Shown: positions 19,888 to 29,999 of the stretch, in pieces
How the letters are laid out: the number at the start of each line of letters is the position of its first letter
Numbering within the stretch: position 1 is the first letter of the stretch
Assembly (NCBI GenBank): GCA_013626165.1
Contig: NDHX01000005.1
Coordinates: 26,875-90,874 of the forward strand
From: Candidatus Velesiimonas alkalicola
GTDB taxonomy: Bacteria > Omnitrophota > Gorgyraeia > Velesiimonadales > Velesiimonadaceae
Direction: 5' to 3'
Length of the DNA: 64,000 nt
Notes under the pieces: model-generated
The model's database searches: none
What the model was told of the DNA's origin: nothing
What the model saw: only the letters and a program-made list of their open reading frames with translations
Translations under genes and position numbers: made by a program

Positions 19888-20609
19888 CAAAAGAGTATAA
19901 GGAAAGATTTTACAGGAAGTGGATGCATGCACAAGGGCTGGTTTGTTTTAATGTATGTGAAAAGGAAACCGATCTGTGGATAGCAGCAGATAAAAACTTA
20001 TCAGACAATTCGCTGCGCTGGGCAAAACATTACAGGAGGCAGGTTGAGGACTATATAAAAAAGGATAAGAGATTTCTTGAAAGCCTTGCTCCGGTTAAAG
20101 TAGATAAGAATGCTAATTTTATTATAAAACATATGGCAAGTGCCGCATCACTGGCTTGTGTAGGTCCTATGGCATCTGTTGCAGGAGCAATTGCACAGGC
20201 AGTAGGGAAAAGACTCTTAAAAAACACAAGACAGGTAATTATTGAAAATGGCGGTGATATATTTATTGTATCAAACACTGAAAGAAGATTTTCGGTATAT
20301 GCAGGGAACAGTCCTTTTGGGGGTAAGATTATTTTTAAGATAAAACCTGAACAAACACCCTGCGGGATATGTACATCAAGCGGGACTGTTGGACATTCGT
20401 TAAGTTTTGGCAAGGCAGATGCGGTTGTTGTAACTGCCGAGGATTGTGTTGTAGCAGATGCATTTGCAACATCACTGTGCAATAGGGTAAAACGGGAAAA
20501 GGATATAGAACAAGTTCTGGAAATTGCAAAAGGAGCAAAGGTTTTGACAGGTTGTATAGTGGTATTGGGTAAAAAAATCGGAATCTGGGGACACATGCAA
20601 ATATGTTAG
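19884..20609 (+). CDS. UPF0280 / ApbE-like family protein (tentative)
   Basis: 241 aa, Gly/Ala-rich with motifs GPMASVAGAIAQA and GGDIFIV. Overlaps the upstream stop. Confidence 0.4.
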   Translation: MTKEYKERFYRKWMHAQGLVCFNVCEKETDLWIAADKNLSDNSLRWAKHYRRQVEDYIKKDKRFLESLAPVKVDKNANFIIKHMASAASLACVGPMASVAGAIAQAVGKRLLKNTRQVIIENGGDIFIVSNTERRFSVYAGNSPFGGKIIFKIKPEQTPCGICTSSGTVGHSLSFGKADAVVVTAEDCVVADAFATSLCNRVKREKDIEQVLEIAKGAKVLTGCIVVLGKKIGIWGHMQIC

Positions 20610-20777
20610 AAATATCAATAATGAACATTCAAGTTTCAAGTGCCCAGGTTTGATCTGGGATGTTCCACACTCTAACCTTGCGATATCCAGAAAAAACCTT
20701 CCTGCCTCTAAGTCCGCAATTTCGTCGGGCACCCTCTCTGGGGGGGTGAGCCAGTAGAGCAACAGACCCTTATAAAA

Positions 20778-22853
20778 ATGAATATTCAGTCAAGCATTCA
20801 ATATGTTAAGGGTGTTGGCCCTCATAAAGTTGAATTATTCCAACAGGTAGGAATACAGACGGTAGAGGATATTTTTTATTATTTTCCTTTAAGATATGAG
20901 GACAGGAGTCATTTGAAAAAAATAAAGGATATTTGTCCTGATTCTTATGAAACCGTTCAGGGGGAGGTTTTTGAGTGCGGTTTTTTTGTAACTCCTCGCA
21001 GGCGGATGTCCGTATTCAAAGTGGTTCTTACAGACGGGACAGGTTTTATCACTGCTATCTGGTTTAATCAGCCATATGTAAGGCAGGTTTTTAAAAAAAG
21101 ACAAAATGTTATACTTTATGGCAGAGTAGAGTTCCCTATCACCCTCAGGCACGGTACACTACAGATGAATAACCCCGAGTATGAGTTTCTTACCAATACT
21201 TCTGAAGATACCATGCATATGGGACGGATAGTTCCGATATATTCAACAAAGAAATATCTTTCACAAAGACTGTTTCGTTCTGTTGTTAAAAAAGTATTGG
21301 ATGCCTCTTTAAAAGATATTGCTGATTTTCTTCCAAAGTCTATAATCTCATATAATCGCCTTGCAGAGATAAAATCAGCAATCCAAAATATACACTTTCC
21401 TGAAGATTTTAAGATGCTTGCTGATGCACGAAAGAGGCTTGTATTTGATGAGTTTTTTATTTTACAGATGGGATTGGGGATAAGAAAAAACAAATATAGT
21501 TCAATTGTAAAAGGTATCTTTCATAAAACCGATGGGGCAGTATTAAAAAAAGTTCTTTCAAGTTTGCCTTTTAATCTTACAGATGCGCAAGAAAAGGTTT
21601 TTAAGGAAATAAAGCAGGACCTGTCATCGCCAAAACCAATGCACAGGCTTTTGCAGGGTGATGTCGGAAGCGGAAAAACAGTAATAGCAATACTTGCTTT
21701 GTGTGCCGCAGCTGACGGAGGGTACCAGTCTGCGATTATGGTGCCTACCGAAATACTTGCACAACAACATTATAACAGACTAAAACCCATCTTTGAAGGT
21801 GCAGGTATCCATCCCGCTCTTTTGATAAGTGGAATGACTGAAAAAGCAAAACAGGCTATCAGGGATAAGATAAACAGCGGAGAGATAAACATTATTATCG
21901 GCACACATTCACTTATACAGGATAAAACAATATTTAAAAGACTCGGACTTGTTATAATTGATGAACAGCATAAGTTTGGGGTTGCACAGAGGAAGATTCT
22001 TGCAACAAAGGGAAATTTTCCGGACATTCTTATTATGACTGCAACACCGATACCACGAACACTTGCACTTACACTTTATGGAGATCTTGATATATCCATC
22101 CTAGATGAACTTCCGCCCGGAAGACATCCTGTAAAAACATACTGGACTGATGATAAAAAAAGGGATGCAATGTATGGGTTTTTAAAAGAGAAGATGTTAT
22201 CAGGAGAAAGGGTATATGTTGTATATCCGCTTATTGAAAAATCCGAAAAAATGTCTTTAAGGGCTGCTGAAAATATGTATAAAGAATTTTTAAGTATTTT
22301 TAAAGATTTTAAGGTCGGGCTTGTTCATGGGAAAATGTCTTCTATTGAAAAGGCATCTGTTATGAAAAAGTTTGAAGATGGGCATATTAAGATGCTTGTT
22401 TCTACAACTGTTCTTGAGGTGGGCATTGATGTGCCTCAAGCCTCTGTTATGATAGTAGAACATGCAGATAGATTCGGACTTTCACAACTTCATCAGTTAA
22501 GGGGGCGCGTGGGAAGGGGAAGCGTTGAATCTTACTGTATATTGCTTTCTGATGCGAAATCTGAAAATGCCCGAAAAAGGCTTCAGTCAATGGTAGAGAC
22601 AAACAATGGCTTTCAGATTGCAGAAAAAGACCTTTCAATAAGAGGTCCGGGTGAATTCTTTGGGAGCCGCCAGCATGGATTTTTTGAACTTAAGATAGGC
22701 AATCTTGTCAGTGACATAAAAATACTTGAACAGTCAAGAAATGCTGTATCATATGTTATTAAAAAAGATCCAAACCTTGTTTCAACAGAATTTTCAAAGA
22801 TAAAAGATGTAATGCTAAGAAAATTTTCCGGTGGGATGGATTTTATAGGATAA
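20778..22853 (+). CDS. recG: ATP-dependent DNA helicase RecG
   Basis: 691 aa with wedge domain, Walker A (GDVGSGKT), DEQH box and helicase C motifs (QLHQLRGRVGRG). Confidence 0.9.
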   Translation: MNIQSSIQYVKGVGPHKVELFQQVGIQTVEDIFYYFPLRYEDRSHLKKIKDICPDSYETVQGEVFECGFFVTPRRRMSVFKVVLTDGTGFITAIWFNQPYVRQVFKKRQNVILYGRVEFPITLRHGTLQMNNPEYEFLTNTSEDTMHMGRIVPIYSTKKYLSQRLFRSVVKKVLDASLKDIADFLPKSIISYNRLAEIKSAIQNIHFPEDFKMLADARKRLVFDEFFILQMGLGIRKNKYSSIVKGIFHKTDGAVLKKVLSSLPFNLTDAQEKVFKEIKQDLSSPKPMHRLLQGDVGSGKTVIAILALCAAADGGYQSAIMVPTEILAQQHYNRLKPIFEGAGIHPALLISGMTEKAKQAIRDKINSGEINIIIGTHSLIQDKTIFKRLGLVIIDEQHKFGVAQRKILATKGNFPDILIMTATPIPRTLALTLYGDLDISILDELPPGRHPVKTYWTDDKKRDAMYGFLKEKMLSGERVYVVYPLIEKSEKMSLRAAENMYKEFLSIFKDFKVGLVHGKMSSIEKASVMKKFEDGHIKMLVSTTVLEVGIDVPQASVMIVEHADRFGLSQLHQLRGRVGRGSVESYCILLSDAKSENARKRLQSMVETNNGFQIAEKDLSIRGPGEFFGSRQHGFFELKIGNLVSDIKILEQSRNAVSYVIKKDPNLVSTEFSKIKDVMLRKFSGGMDFIG

Positions 22854-23363
22854 ATGAAAAGAATTAAAAGAAAAGACATGGGACTGAGGCCCACATCTTC
22901 AATGGTAAAAATGGCGATATTTAACAGCATTGCAAATGTGCAGGGCAGGACGCTTCTTGACCTTTGTTGCGGAACAGGCGGTCTTGGGATAGAGGCACTT
23001 TTAAGAGGTGCAAGAAAGGTTGTGTTTGTAGATATAGAAAGAAACAGGATTTTAAGATTAAAAAAGCATCTTTCAGACATTGGTCTTATTGAATATTCGG
23101 TGCTGGTTAATAAAGATGTTGTGTCTTATATAAAGAAAAGTACCGAGTGTTTTGATTTTATTATTGCTGATCCTCCGTATCAGACAGATCTTGCAGTAAG
23201 AATACTAAAACAGGTATCAACAACAGATATATTAAAAACAAGCGGGACATTGATTATTGAACATTATAAAAGGTTAAAACTTCCTGAAAATGAAGGAAAA
23301 ATTTTCCTTATTAAATTAAAAACATATGGGGACACCTTGGTATCTTATTATGGGATAATATGA
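22854..23363 (+). CDS. rsmD: 16S rRNA (guanine966-N2)-methyltransferase RsmD
   Basis: 169 aa with LDLCCGTGGLGIEAL and the DPPY motif. Abuts the recG stop. Confidence 0.8.
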   Translation: MKRIKRKDMGLRPTSSMVKMAIFNSIANVQGRTLLDLCCGTGGLGIEALLRGARKVVFVDIERNRILRLKKHLSDIGLIEYSVLVNKDVVSYIKKSTECFDFIIADPPYQTDLAVRILKQVSTTDILKTSGTLIIEHYKRLKLPENEGKIFLIKLKTYGDTLVSYYGII

Positions 23364-23639
23364 TTTCTAAAACATTTCAATTAGAAATGTAAAAATTCCT
23401 GTCTGCTCCTAATACAAATCTGGGTAGTCGCCAGCGTGCGCAACGGGCAGAATGTTTTTTCTCATTCCTGATGAGGACTAAATTTTTAGGTTTTACTTTT
23501 AGAAAAAAATTATGCATACTATGTAGAAAGATACCATGCATTTTTAAAAGAACATGCTATACAGAGTGGCTGAAAATATAGGTGACCGGTAACATATTTA
23601 GTCCATAGTCAATAGTCCATAATCTACGGACAATGGACT

Positions 23640-25730
23640 GTGGACCCTGGAGACTGTTGGAGAAGAATGGATATTGAAAAAGAATTCGGTAAGGACTTAA
23701 AAGGAAAAGAAAAACAGGCACTTGCGGTAAATACCATAAGGTGTCTTGCTATGGATGCTGTTCAAAAAGCAGGGTCAGGGCATCCCGGTATGCCTATGGG
23801 AACTGCTGATTTTGCATATATACTATGGACAAGATTTTTAAGGCATAGCCCCTTAAATCCAAACTGGGAAGACAGAGACCGCTTTGTTCTATCTGCTGGT
23901 CATGGTTCTATGCTTCTTTATTCACTTCTTTATCTTTTCGGATATTCTCTTACAATTGAAGACCTGAAGAACTTCCGTCAATGGGAGAGTAAAACCCCCG
24001 GTCATCCTGAATATGGTCTTACGCAAGGCGTTGAAACCACGACAGGCCCTTTAGGACAGGGTTTTGCAAATGGTGTCGGAATGGCAATTGCTGAAAAAAT
24101 TCTTGCCTCAAAATTCAACACCCCTGATTTTAAAATAATTGACCACCACACATATGGCATCGTAAGCGACGGAGATTTAATGGAGGGTGTATCCTGCGAG
24201 GCGGCGTCTTTAGCAGGGCATCTTGGGCTTGGAAAAATTATATATTTTTATGATGACAACAAGATTACAATAGAAGGCTCAACCGAACTTGCCTTTACCG
24301 AAGATGTTGCAAAAAGATTTAAAAGTTATAACTGGAATGTGATTATTATAGACGGGCATAACCATAACCAGATAAGAAGGGCAATTAAAAAAGCGAGGTC
24401 TCGCACTCAAAGGGTACCCGAGAAGCCTACACTTATTATCGGAAGAACAATAATAGGAAAAGGAAGCCCTAAAAAACAAGGAACCTCCGCATCACACGGC
24501 GAACCATTAGGCACAGAAGAGGTCGCAGCAACAAAACAGTTTCTTGCCTGTCCCTCTGAACCGTTTATAGTGCCCAATATTGTCCAGAAAGTTTTTGCAA
24601 GATTTAAAAAAAAGGCACTGCAAGAAGAAAAACTCTGGAATGAGAAATTCCAAAAATATAGACACTCTTATCCTGACATTGCAAAAGAATGGGACATCTG
24701 GTTCGGTGGACAGATTCCCGATCTTTCATCCATCCTTCCAAGGTTTGATACATCAAAAGCCATTGCAACAAGAAATGCAAGCGGCGAGGTTTTATCAAAG
24801 GTTATGCCTTATATAAAAAATCTTGTAGGGGGCTCTGCTGACCTTGCGCCTTCTACAAAAACATATATAAAAGAGGTGGGTTGTTTCAAGAAGGATAATC
24901 CTTCGGGTAGAAATTTCCATTTTGGTGTCCGAGAACATGCAATGGGTTCAATACTTAATGGTATATCTGTTCACAGAGGGCTCATACCTTTTGGTTCTAC
25001 ATTTTTTGTATTCTCCGACTACATGAGGCCTCCTATTAGACTTGCAGCAATTATGGGTATCAAGATAATATATGTATTTACACATGACTCCATATTTGTA
25101 GGCGAAGATGGTCCTACACATCAACCGATAGAACAATATGCGGCACTGAGGACAATTCCCGGACTTACAGTAATAAGACCTGCTGATGCAAACGAGACTG
25201 CTGTTGCATGGGATGTGTCTTTAAGGAGAAAAGGTCCTGTTGCACTTCTTCTTACAAGACAAAACCTTCCGGTGTATGATAGAACAAAATATCCTTCTGC
25301 AGAAAACCTCAAGAAAGGCGCCTATATAATGGTTGACCCCGTCAGAAATAAAGAATTTCTAAGCGGGGTTGACTGTGAAGGCCCGAAAGTGATTATTATC
25401 GCAACAGGCTCTGAGGTTGAGATTGCATTAAAAGCAACAGAAACACTTAATGCACAGGGCAAAAGTGTAAGGCTTGTGAATATGCCCTGCTGGGAACTTT
25501 TTGAAGAGCAGAGCAAAGAATATAAAGAACAGGTTTTGCCTTCTTCTATTAAATCAAGGATTATAGTTGAAGCGGCAACACCATTCGGCTGGGAAAGATA
25601 TGCAGGAGAAAAAGGAAAGATAATAGGAATAAAAGGCTTCGGGAAAAGTGCGCCACACCAAATCCTGGCAGAAAAATTCGGGTTCACATCTTTAAATATT
25701 ATAAATCAGGCACTGGAGATGATAGAATGA
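23640..25730 (+). CDS. tkt: Transketolase (the likely true start is Met at 23667)
   Basis: 696 aa with TPP-binding GSGHPG and GEDGPTHQP motifs. Confidence 0.9.
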   Translation: MDPGDCWRRMDIEKEFGKDLKGKEKQALAVNTIRCLAMDAVQKAGSGHPGMPMGTADFAYILWTRFLRHSPLNPNWEDRDRFVLSAGHGSMLLYSLLYLFGYSLTIEDLKNFRQWESKTPGHPEYGLTQGVETTTGPLGQGFANGVGMAIAEKILASKFNTPDFKIIDHHTYGIVSDGDLMEGVSCEAASLAGHLGLGKIIYFYDDNKITIEGSTELAFTEDVAKRFKSYNWNVIIIDGHNHNQIRRAIKKARSRTQRVPEKPTLIIGRTIIGKGSPKKQGTSASHGEPLGTEEVAATKQFLACPSEPFIVPNIVQKVFARFKKKALQEEKLWNEKFQKYRHSYPDIAKEWDIWFGGQIPDLSSILPRFDTSKAIATRNASGEVLSKVMPYIKNLVGGSADLAPSTKTYIKEVGCFKKDNPSGRNFHFGVREHAMGSILNGISVHRGLIPFGSTFFVFSDYMRPPIRLAAIMGIKIIYVFTHDSIFVGEDGPTHQPIEQYAALRTIPGLTVIRPADANETAVAWDVSLRRKGPVALLLTRQNLPVYDRTKYPSAENLKKGAYIMVDPVRNKEFLSGVDCEGPKVIIIATGSEVEIALKATETLNAQGKSVRLVNMPCWELFEEQSKEYKEQVLPSSIKSRIIVEAATPFGWERYAGEKGKIIGIKGFGKSAPHQILAEKFGFTSLNIINQALEMIE

Positions 25731-26122
25731 TAAAAAGAAATTTTAACTCCAATGCACCAAAGCCCATAGGACCATACTCACAGGCAGTAGAGTCCGGGGG
25801 ATTTGTATTTGTTTCAGGGCAGATCCCAGTAGACCCAAAAACAGGAGATATTATTGGTAAGGATATAGAAGAACAGGCAGAACAGGTTTTTCAGAATATC
25901 CATTCAATACTAAAAGAAGTCGGTTTAGGTTTAGGAAATGTTGTTAAAACCACGATATACTTAAAAACCCTTTCCTTTTTTCCGACCGTAAATACTATCT
26001 ATCAAAAATATTTCAAGCCTCCTTATCCGGCAAGAAGTTGCATTGAAGTTTCAAACATACCTAGGGGTGCTCTTCTTGAAATTGATGTTATAGCATCGCA
26101 AGAGGGGGTTACGAAAGAATGA
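25727..26122 (+). CDS. ridA: RidA family protein (reactive enamine/imine deaminase)
   Basis: 131 aa with PKPIGPYSQAV...VFVSGQIP (YjgF/RidA signature). Confidence 0.85.
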   Translation: MIKRNFNSNAPKPIGPYSQAVESGGFVFVSGQIPVDPKTGDIIGKDIEEQAEQVFQNIHSILKEVGLGLGNVVKTTIYLKTLSFFPTVNTIYQKYFKPPYPARSCIEVSNIPRGALLEIDVIASQEGVTKE

Positions 26123-26171
26123 GCACCAGGGCACCAGTGCACCAGGGCACCAGGGCACCAGGGCACCAGTT
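26121..26171. repeat. Tandem heptamer/octamer array GCACCAG(G/T), about 6.5 copies, starting at the ridA stop codon
   Basis: gagcaccagggcaccagtgcaccagggcaccagggcaccagggcaccagt, read directly. Confidence 0.85.
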
Positions 26172-26209
26172 TATACCATGTCTTTTTCTATTTCTCCAAA
26201 AAAAGTACT

Positions 26210-27587
26210 GTTATAAAATAGTGATATGTCCTATTTCTTAACAAATGAAATGTCCGCTTTCAAAGCGGGGAATGATAATATGTTTGGCCTAATCAAGGAG
26301 GTTAGGTATGCAGACATATTATCCAAAACCCGCACTGGAGCGGGCAATGAAGGTTCAGGAGGTCATATTACGGGCTATAAGCGGACAGATTCACTGGATT
26401 CAAGCGGCAGAGATATTAGGCATATCAGACCGGCAGATGCGCCGGTGGAAATGGCGCTACGAAAAACACGGTTATGACGGCCTATATGACAGGCGCAGGA
26501 AGATACCAAGCCCCAAAAGAGTGCCTTTAGAGACCGTGGAAAAGGTCCTGCGTTTATACAGGGAAAAATACTTCGATTTTAATATGTCCCATTTTTACGA
26601 TAAGTTACGAAAAGAGCACAATATAAAATTAAGTTATAACTGGATAAGGCTTGCCTTACAAGGCGCCGGACTCGTTGAAAGACGCCAAAGACGCTCTCCC
26701 CACAGAAAACGCCGAGCAAGGAAGCCCCTAATAGGCATGATGCTCCACATGGACGGTTCTCCTCATGACTGGTTCGGTAACGGCTTAGAATATGATATCG
26801 TCACTATATCGGATGACGCAAATAATGAGCTCTACGGCATAGAACTGGCAGACGAGGAGGATTCTCTTACCTGCATGTCTCTTATCAGGAACCTCATCGA
26901 GAAGAAAGGCATATTCTGCTCGTTATACACAGACAGGGCAAGCCACTTCTTCCTTACTAAAAAGGCAGGAGAAGACGTCTCCAAAGACAACCTTACCCAA
27001 ATAGGAAGGGCCTTGCAGGAATTAGGCGCCCAGCATATCCCTTCTTATTCGCCGCAGGCAAGAGGCAGATCAGAAAGACTTAACGAGACCCTACAAGGCA
27101 GAATTCCTCAAGAACTAAGGCTAAGAGGCATAAAAACAAAGGAAGCCGCCAATAGATACCTAAAGACAGAATATCTCAAAGAACACAACAGAAGATTCGC
27201 AATAAAGCCAGAAGGCGAAGGCAGCGCCTTTATCCCGGTACCTAAGACAACGGATTTAGACAAGATTTTTTGCTTCAAACACGAAAGGACCGTCAACAAC
27301 GATAACACCATATCGTTTAACAACCGGATACTCCAAATAGGCCCATCAGAACTTAGGGTATCGTTCGCCAAATGCAGAGTTACTGTCTATGAACATATAG
27401 ATGGCTCTGTGACTATAGGATACGGCCCTCATACGCTTGGTTATTATCCGCCCAAAGGCTTATCCACATATCCATACAATTCACAAAAAGAAAAGGTAGC
27501 CAAAAGAAAAAGGACTACTACTAACATTAACCAAAAGCGGACACATCACTTGTTAGAAAAAGCGGACATCTTGACTATTTAATTACA
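26210..27587 (+). mobile_element. Intact insertion sequence (~1378 bp) with imperfect terminal inverted repeats, flanked by a 17-bp direct repeat TCTCCAAAAAAAGTACT (26193-26209 and 27588-27604)
   Basis: A perfect 17-bp direct repeat brackets the element. Termini are GTTATAAAATAGTGATATGTCC (left) vs the reverse complement of the right end, TGTAATTAAATAGTCAAGATGTCC. It holds a single long transposase ORF. Confidence 0.75.
26308..27582 (+). CDS. Transposase, rve (retroviral integrase-type DDE) catalytic core with N-terminal HTH. It is IS481-like or ISNCY (IS1202-group)-like.
   Basis: 424 aa. DDE candidates lie in HMDGS (D), LYTDRASHF (D, ~60 aa later) and SERLNETLQ (E, ~39 aa later). The N-terminal segment ILGISDRQMRRWKWRY looks HTH-like. 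Confidence 0.75.
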   Translation: MQTYYPKPALERAMKVQEVILRAISGQIHWIQAAEILGISDRQMRRWKWRYEKHGYDGLYDRRRKIPSPKRVPLETVEKVLRLYREKYFDFNMSHFYDKLRKEHNIKLSYNWIRLALQGAGLVERRQRRSPHRKRRARKPLIGMMLHMDGSPHDWFGNGLEYDIVTISDDANNELYGIELADEEDSLTCMSLIRNLIEKKGIFCSLYTDRASHFFLTKKAGEDVSKDNLTQIGRALQELGAQHIPSYSPQARGRSERLNETLQGRIPQELRLRGIKTKEAANRYLKTEYLKEHNRRFAIKPEGEGSAFIPVPKTTDLDKIFCFKHERTVNNDNTISFNNRILQIGPSELRVSFAKCRVTVYEHIDGSVTIGYGPHTLGYYPPKGLSTYPYNSQKEKVAKRKRTTTNINQKRTHHLLEKADILTI

Positions 27588-27951
27588 TCTCCAAAAAAAG
27601 TACTTGACAAGATTTAATTTATGTGGTACATTTGAAATTCAGAAGAGACACAATAGGTAGTAGTTATCATTTTAATAAACATAATGGGATGGAGGGAGAA
27701 ACCCAGAACAGTGGAACCAAACTGATTTTAAGATTTCCTCTTGGGATACAGTATTTGAAAATTAAAATGTAGAATCCATTATCAGATTTTGAAGGATGAA
27801 TAATGGAGGATGTTTTCCCGCTGCAAATGGGTTGTTCTTGCCTTCGCACTGTTTTAAGCTATTTAACTATATTCAGGGTTTTTGTATTCTAAGAGGAATG
27901 GAAAAGGGGCTTTTATAAGGTCCCTTTTTGTGTTTTTAAGGAGAAAGCAGT

Positions 27952-28947
27952 ATGTCTATAAGGATTGGTTTAACTTACGATTTAAGGTCAGACTATATCT
28001 TAAAAAAGGAAGATCCTGAAGATCTAAATGCAGAGTTTGATCATGGACAGACGATAAATGCATTAAGCAAGGTTTTTACATCCGCTGGTTATAAGGTTGT
28101 AAGAATTGGAAATGTGAAAAACCTTCTTTCATCCATTGATAACCTTGGGGTGGACATTGTGTTTAATATAGCAGAAGGCTTGTGTGGAAGAAACAGGGAA
28201 TCGCAGGTGCCCATCCTGCTTGAAATGAGGGGCATTCCTTTTGTTGGTTCTGATGCCCTTACTCTGGGACTTACACTTGATAAGATGTTTGCAAAGAAGA
28301 TATTTATTGCCAATGATATCCCAACGCCTAAGTTTATCTCTGTTAAAAATCCCTGTAAGTTGGACGGCATAGACTTGAAATTTCCTATTATTGTAAAACC
28401 GAGATTTGAGGGGTCAAGTAAAGGGATAAACGATAATTCCATCTTTATAGATAGACAGGGTTTGGTAAAGCAATGTCAGTGGCTTATAGATACATATAAA
28501 CAGCCTGCTCTTGCAGAGGAGTTTATTGAAGGAAAAGAATTCACTGTTGTAATAATAGGAAACGATGATGCATGGGCTCTACCTGTTGTTCAGATTAAAA
28601 TAGACGGAGAACTTGAACTTGGGAACAGGTGTTATACATTTTCAAGAATACACTCAACCACGCTTGATTATGTTTGTCCTGCTCAAATATCATCTGAGAT
28701 GGAAGAGGACATCAAGAAGGTTGCCCTTGCTGCTTATCATTCTGTAGAGTGCAGAGACTTTGGAAGGGTTGATATCAGGCTTGATAAGGATAACCGTTTG
28801 TATGTGCTTGAGATTAATCCTCTTCCGAGTTTGTCTTCGCAGGATGTTTTTCCTGTTGTTGCAAAAGCAGCAGGATGTAGTTACGAGGATTTGATTATGA
28901 AGATATTGGATGAGGCATTGGAAAGATACAATATAAGGAGAATATGA
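27952..28947 (+). CDS. ATP-grasp ligase, D-alanine--D-alanine ligase-like (paralog 1)
   Basis: 331 aa with Ddl-like N-terminal, central and C-terminal ATP-grasp regions (PFVGSDALT, EEFIEGKEFTV, LEINPLP). Confidence 0.75.
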   Translation: MSIRIGLTYDLRSDYILKKEDPEDLNAEFDHGQTINALSKVFTSAGYKVVRIGNVKNLLSSIDNLGVDIVFNIAEGLCGRNRESQVPILLEMRGIPFVGSDALTLGLTLDKMFAKKIFIANDIPTPKFISVKNPCKLDGIDLKFPIIVKPRFEGSSKGINDNSIFIDRQGLVKQCQWLIDTYKQPALAEEFIEGKEFTVVIIGNDDAWALPVVQIKIDGELELGNRCYTFSRIHSTTLDYVCPAQISSEMEEDIKKVALAAYHSVECRDFGRVDIRLDKDNRLYVLEINPLPSLSSQDVFPVVAKAAGCSYEDLIMKILDEALERYNIRRI

Positions 28948-29999
28948 AAAGAAAAGTTGCGCTAGTATGCAATATAAAACACTATGATTCTACAAAACCA
29001 AAGGATTATGAATCGGAATTTGATTCTATAAAAACGGTTAATTCAATAGCAGAGGCACTAAAAGACGGAGGGAACAGGGTTGATGTTATGGAGGCAAACG
29101 GTGTTCTTCTTCCCCATCTTTTAAAGAAAAAGCCGGACATAGTTTTTAATATTTCAGAGGGGGTTGGCGGCTCCAGCAGAGAGGCGCAGGTTCCCTCTAT
29201 ACTTGAATTTCTCGGTATTCCATATACCGGCTCAGGTGTCCTTGCACTTGCGCTTGCACTTGATAAGGCTAAGTCAAAGAAAATATTTATCACAGAGGGA
29301 ATTCCAACCCCAAAATTTCAGGTTTTTACTCTCGCGGATGAAGCCCTTGATACTGGACTAAAATTTCCTTTAATAGTAAAACCCAATTGTGAAGGTTCGG
29401 CAAAGGGTATATCTGCAAAAAGTGTTGTTTGTAATGAAAAAGAGTTGCCTAACCGGGTAAGAGAAGTAATAGAAACATATAAACAGCCTGCCCTTGTTGA
29501 AGAGTTCATAGAGGGGGAAGAATTTACTGTTGGAGTTCTTGGAAACGGCCAGCCTTATGTGTTTCCGCCTATGTTGATAGATTTTTCAAAATGCAAGGCC
29601 GGCGGAGAATCATTTTATTCATGGAGGGTAAAGGAATACCAGGGTGATGAAAAACAATACCTCGTTCCCGAATTTGAATGCCCTGCAAGTATAACAAAAC
29701 AAGAGGAAAGAAAATTAAAAGAAGTGGCGCTAAAATCTCACCAGGCAATAGGATGTGTGGATATATCAAGGACAGATATTCGTTTAAGCAAGAATGGTGT
29801 TCCATATGTTCTTGAAATAAATCCGTTACCGGGGCTTGACCCTGATGAAAGTAATTTTACAAAGATAACAAATTCCTGCGGCATAAAATATAAGGATCTG
29901 ATAAATACAATATTGGAGCTTGCTTGTAAAAGGTATAACCTGACGGGCTCTGATAAGAAGGAGGAGGAGAAAATTGTACACAGACTACAGGCGGTGTGA
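28944..29999 (+). CDS. ATP-grasp ligase, D-alanine--D-alanine ligase-like (paralog 2)
   Basis: 351 aa, clearly paralogous to the upstream gene (shared DIVFNI(S/A)EG...RE(A/S)QVP...GIP(Y/F)(T/V)GS...IPTPKF, EEFIEGEEFTV, LEINPLPGL). ATGA overlap with the upstream stop. Confidence 0.75.
   Translation: MKRKVALVCNIKHYDSTKPKDYESEFDSIKTVNSIAEALKDGGNRVDVMEANGVLLPHLLKKKPDIVFNISEGVGGSSREAQVPSILEFLGIPYTGSGVLALALALDKAKSKKIFITEGIPTPKFQVFTLADEALDTGLKFPLIVKPNCEGSAKGISAKSVVCNEKELPNRVREVIETYKQPALVEEFIEGEEFTVGVLGNGQPYVFPPMLIDFSKCKAGGESFYSWRVKEYQGDEKQYLVPEFECPASITKQEERKLKEVALKSHQAIGCVDISRTDIRLSKNGVPYVLEINPLPGLDPDESNFTKITNSCGIKYKDLINTILELACKRYNLTGSDKKEEEKIVHRLQAV

Noticed and set aside
26226-26477. 83-aa ORF overlapping the left IS end and the transposase start.
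   Set aside because: It is an out-of-frame overlap with the bona fide transposase ORF and spans the IS terminus. No supporting features.
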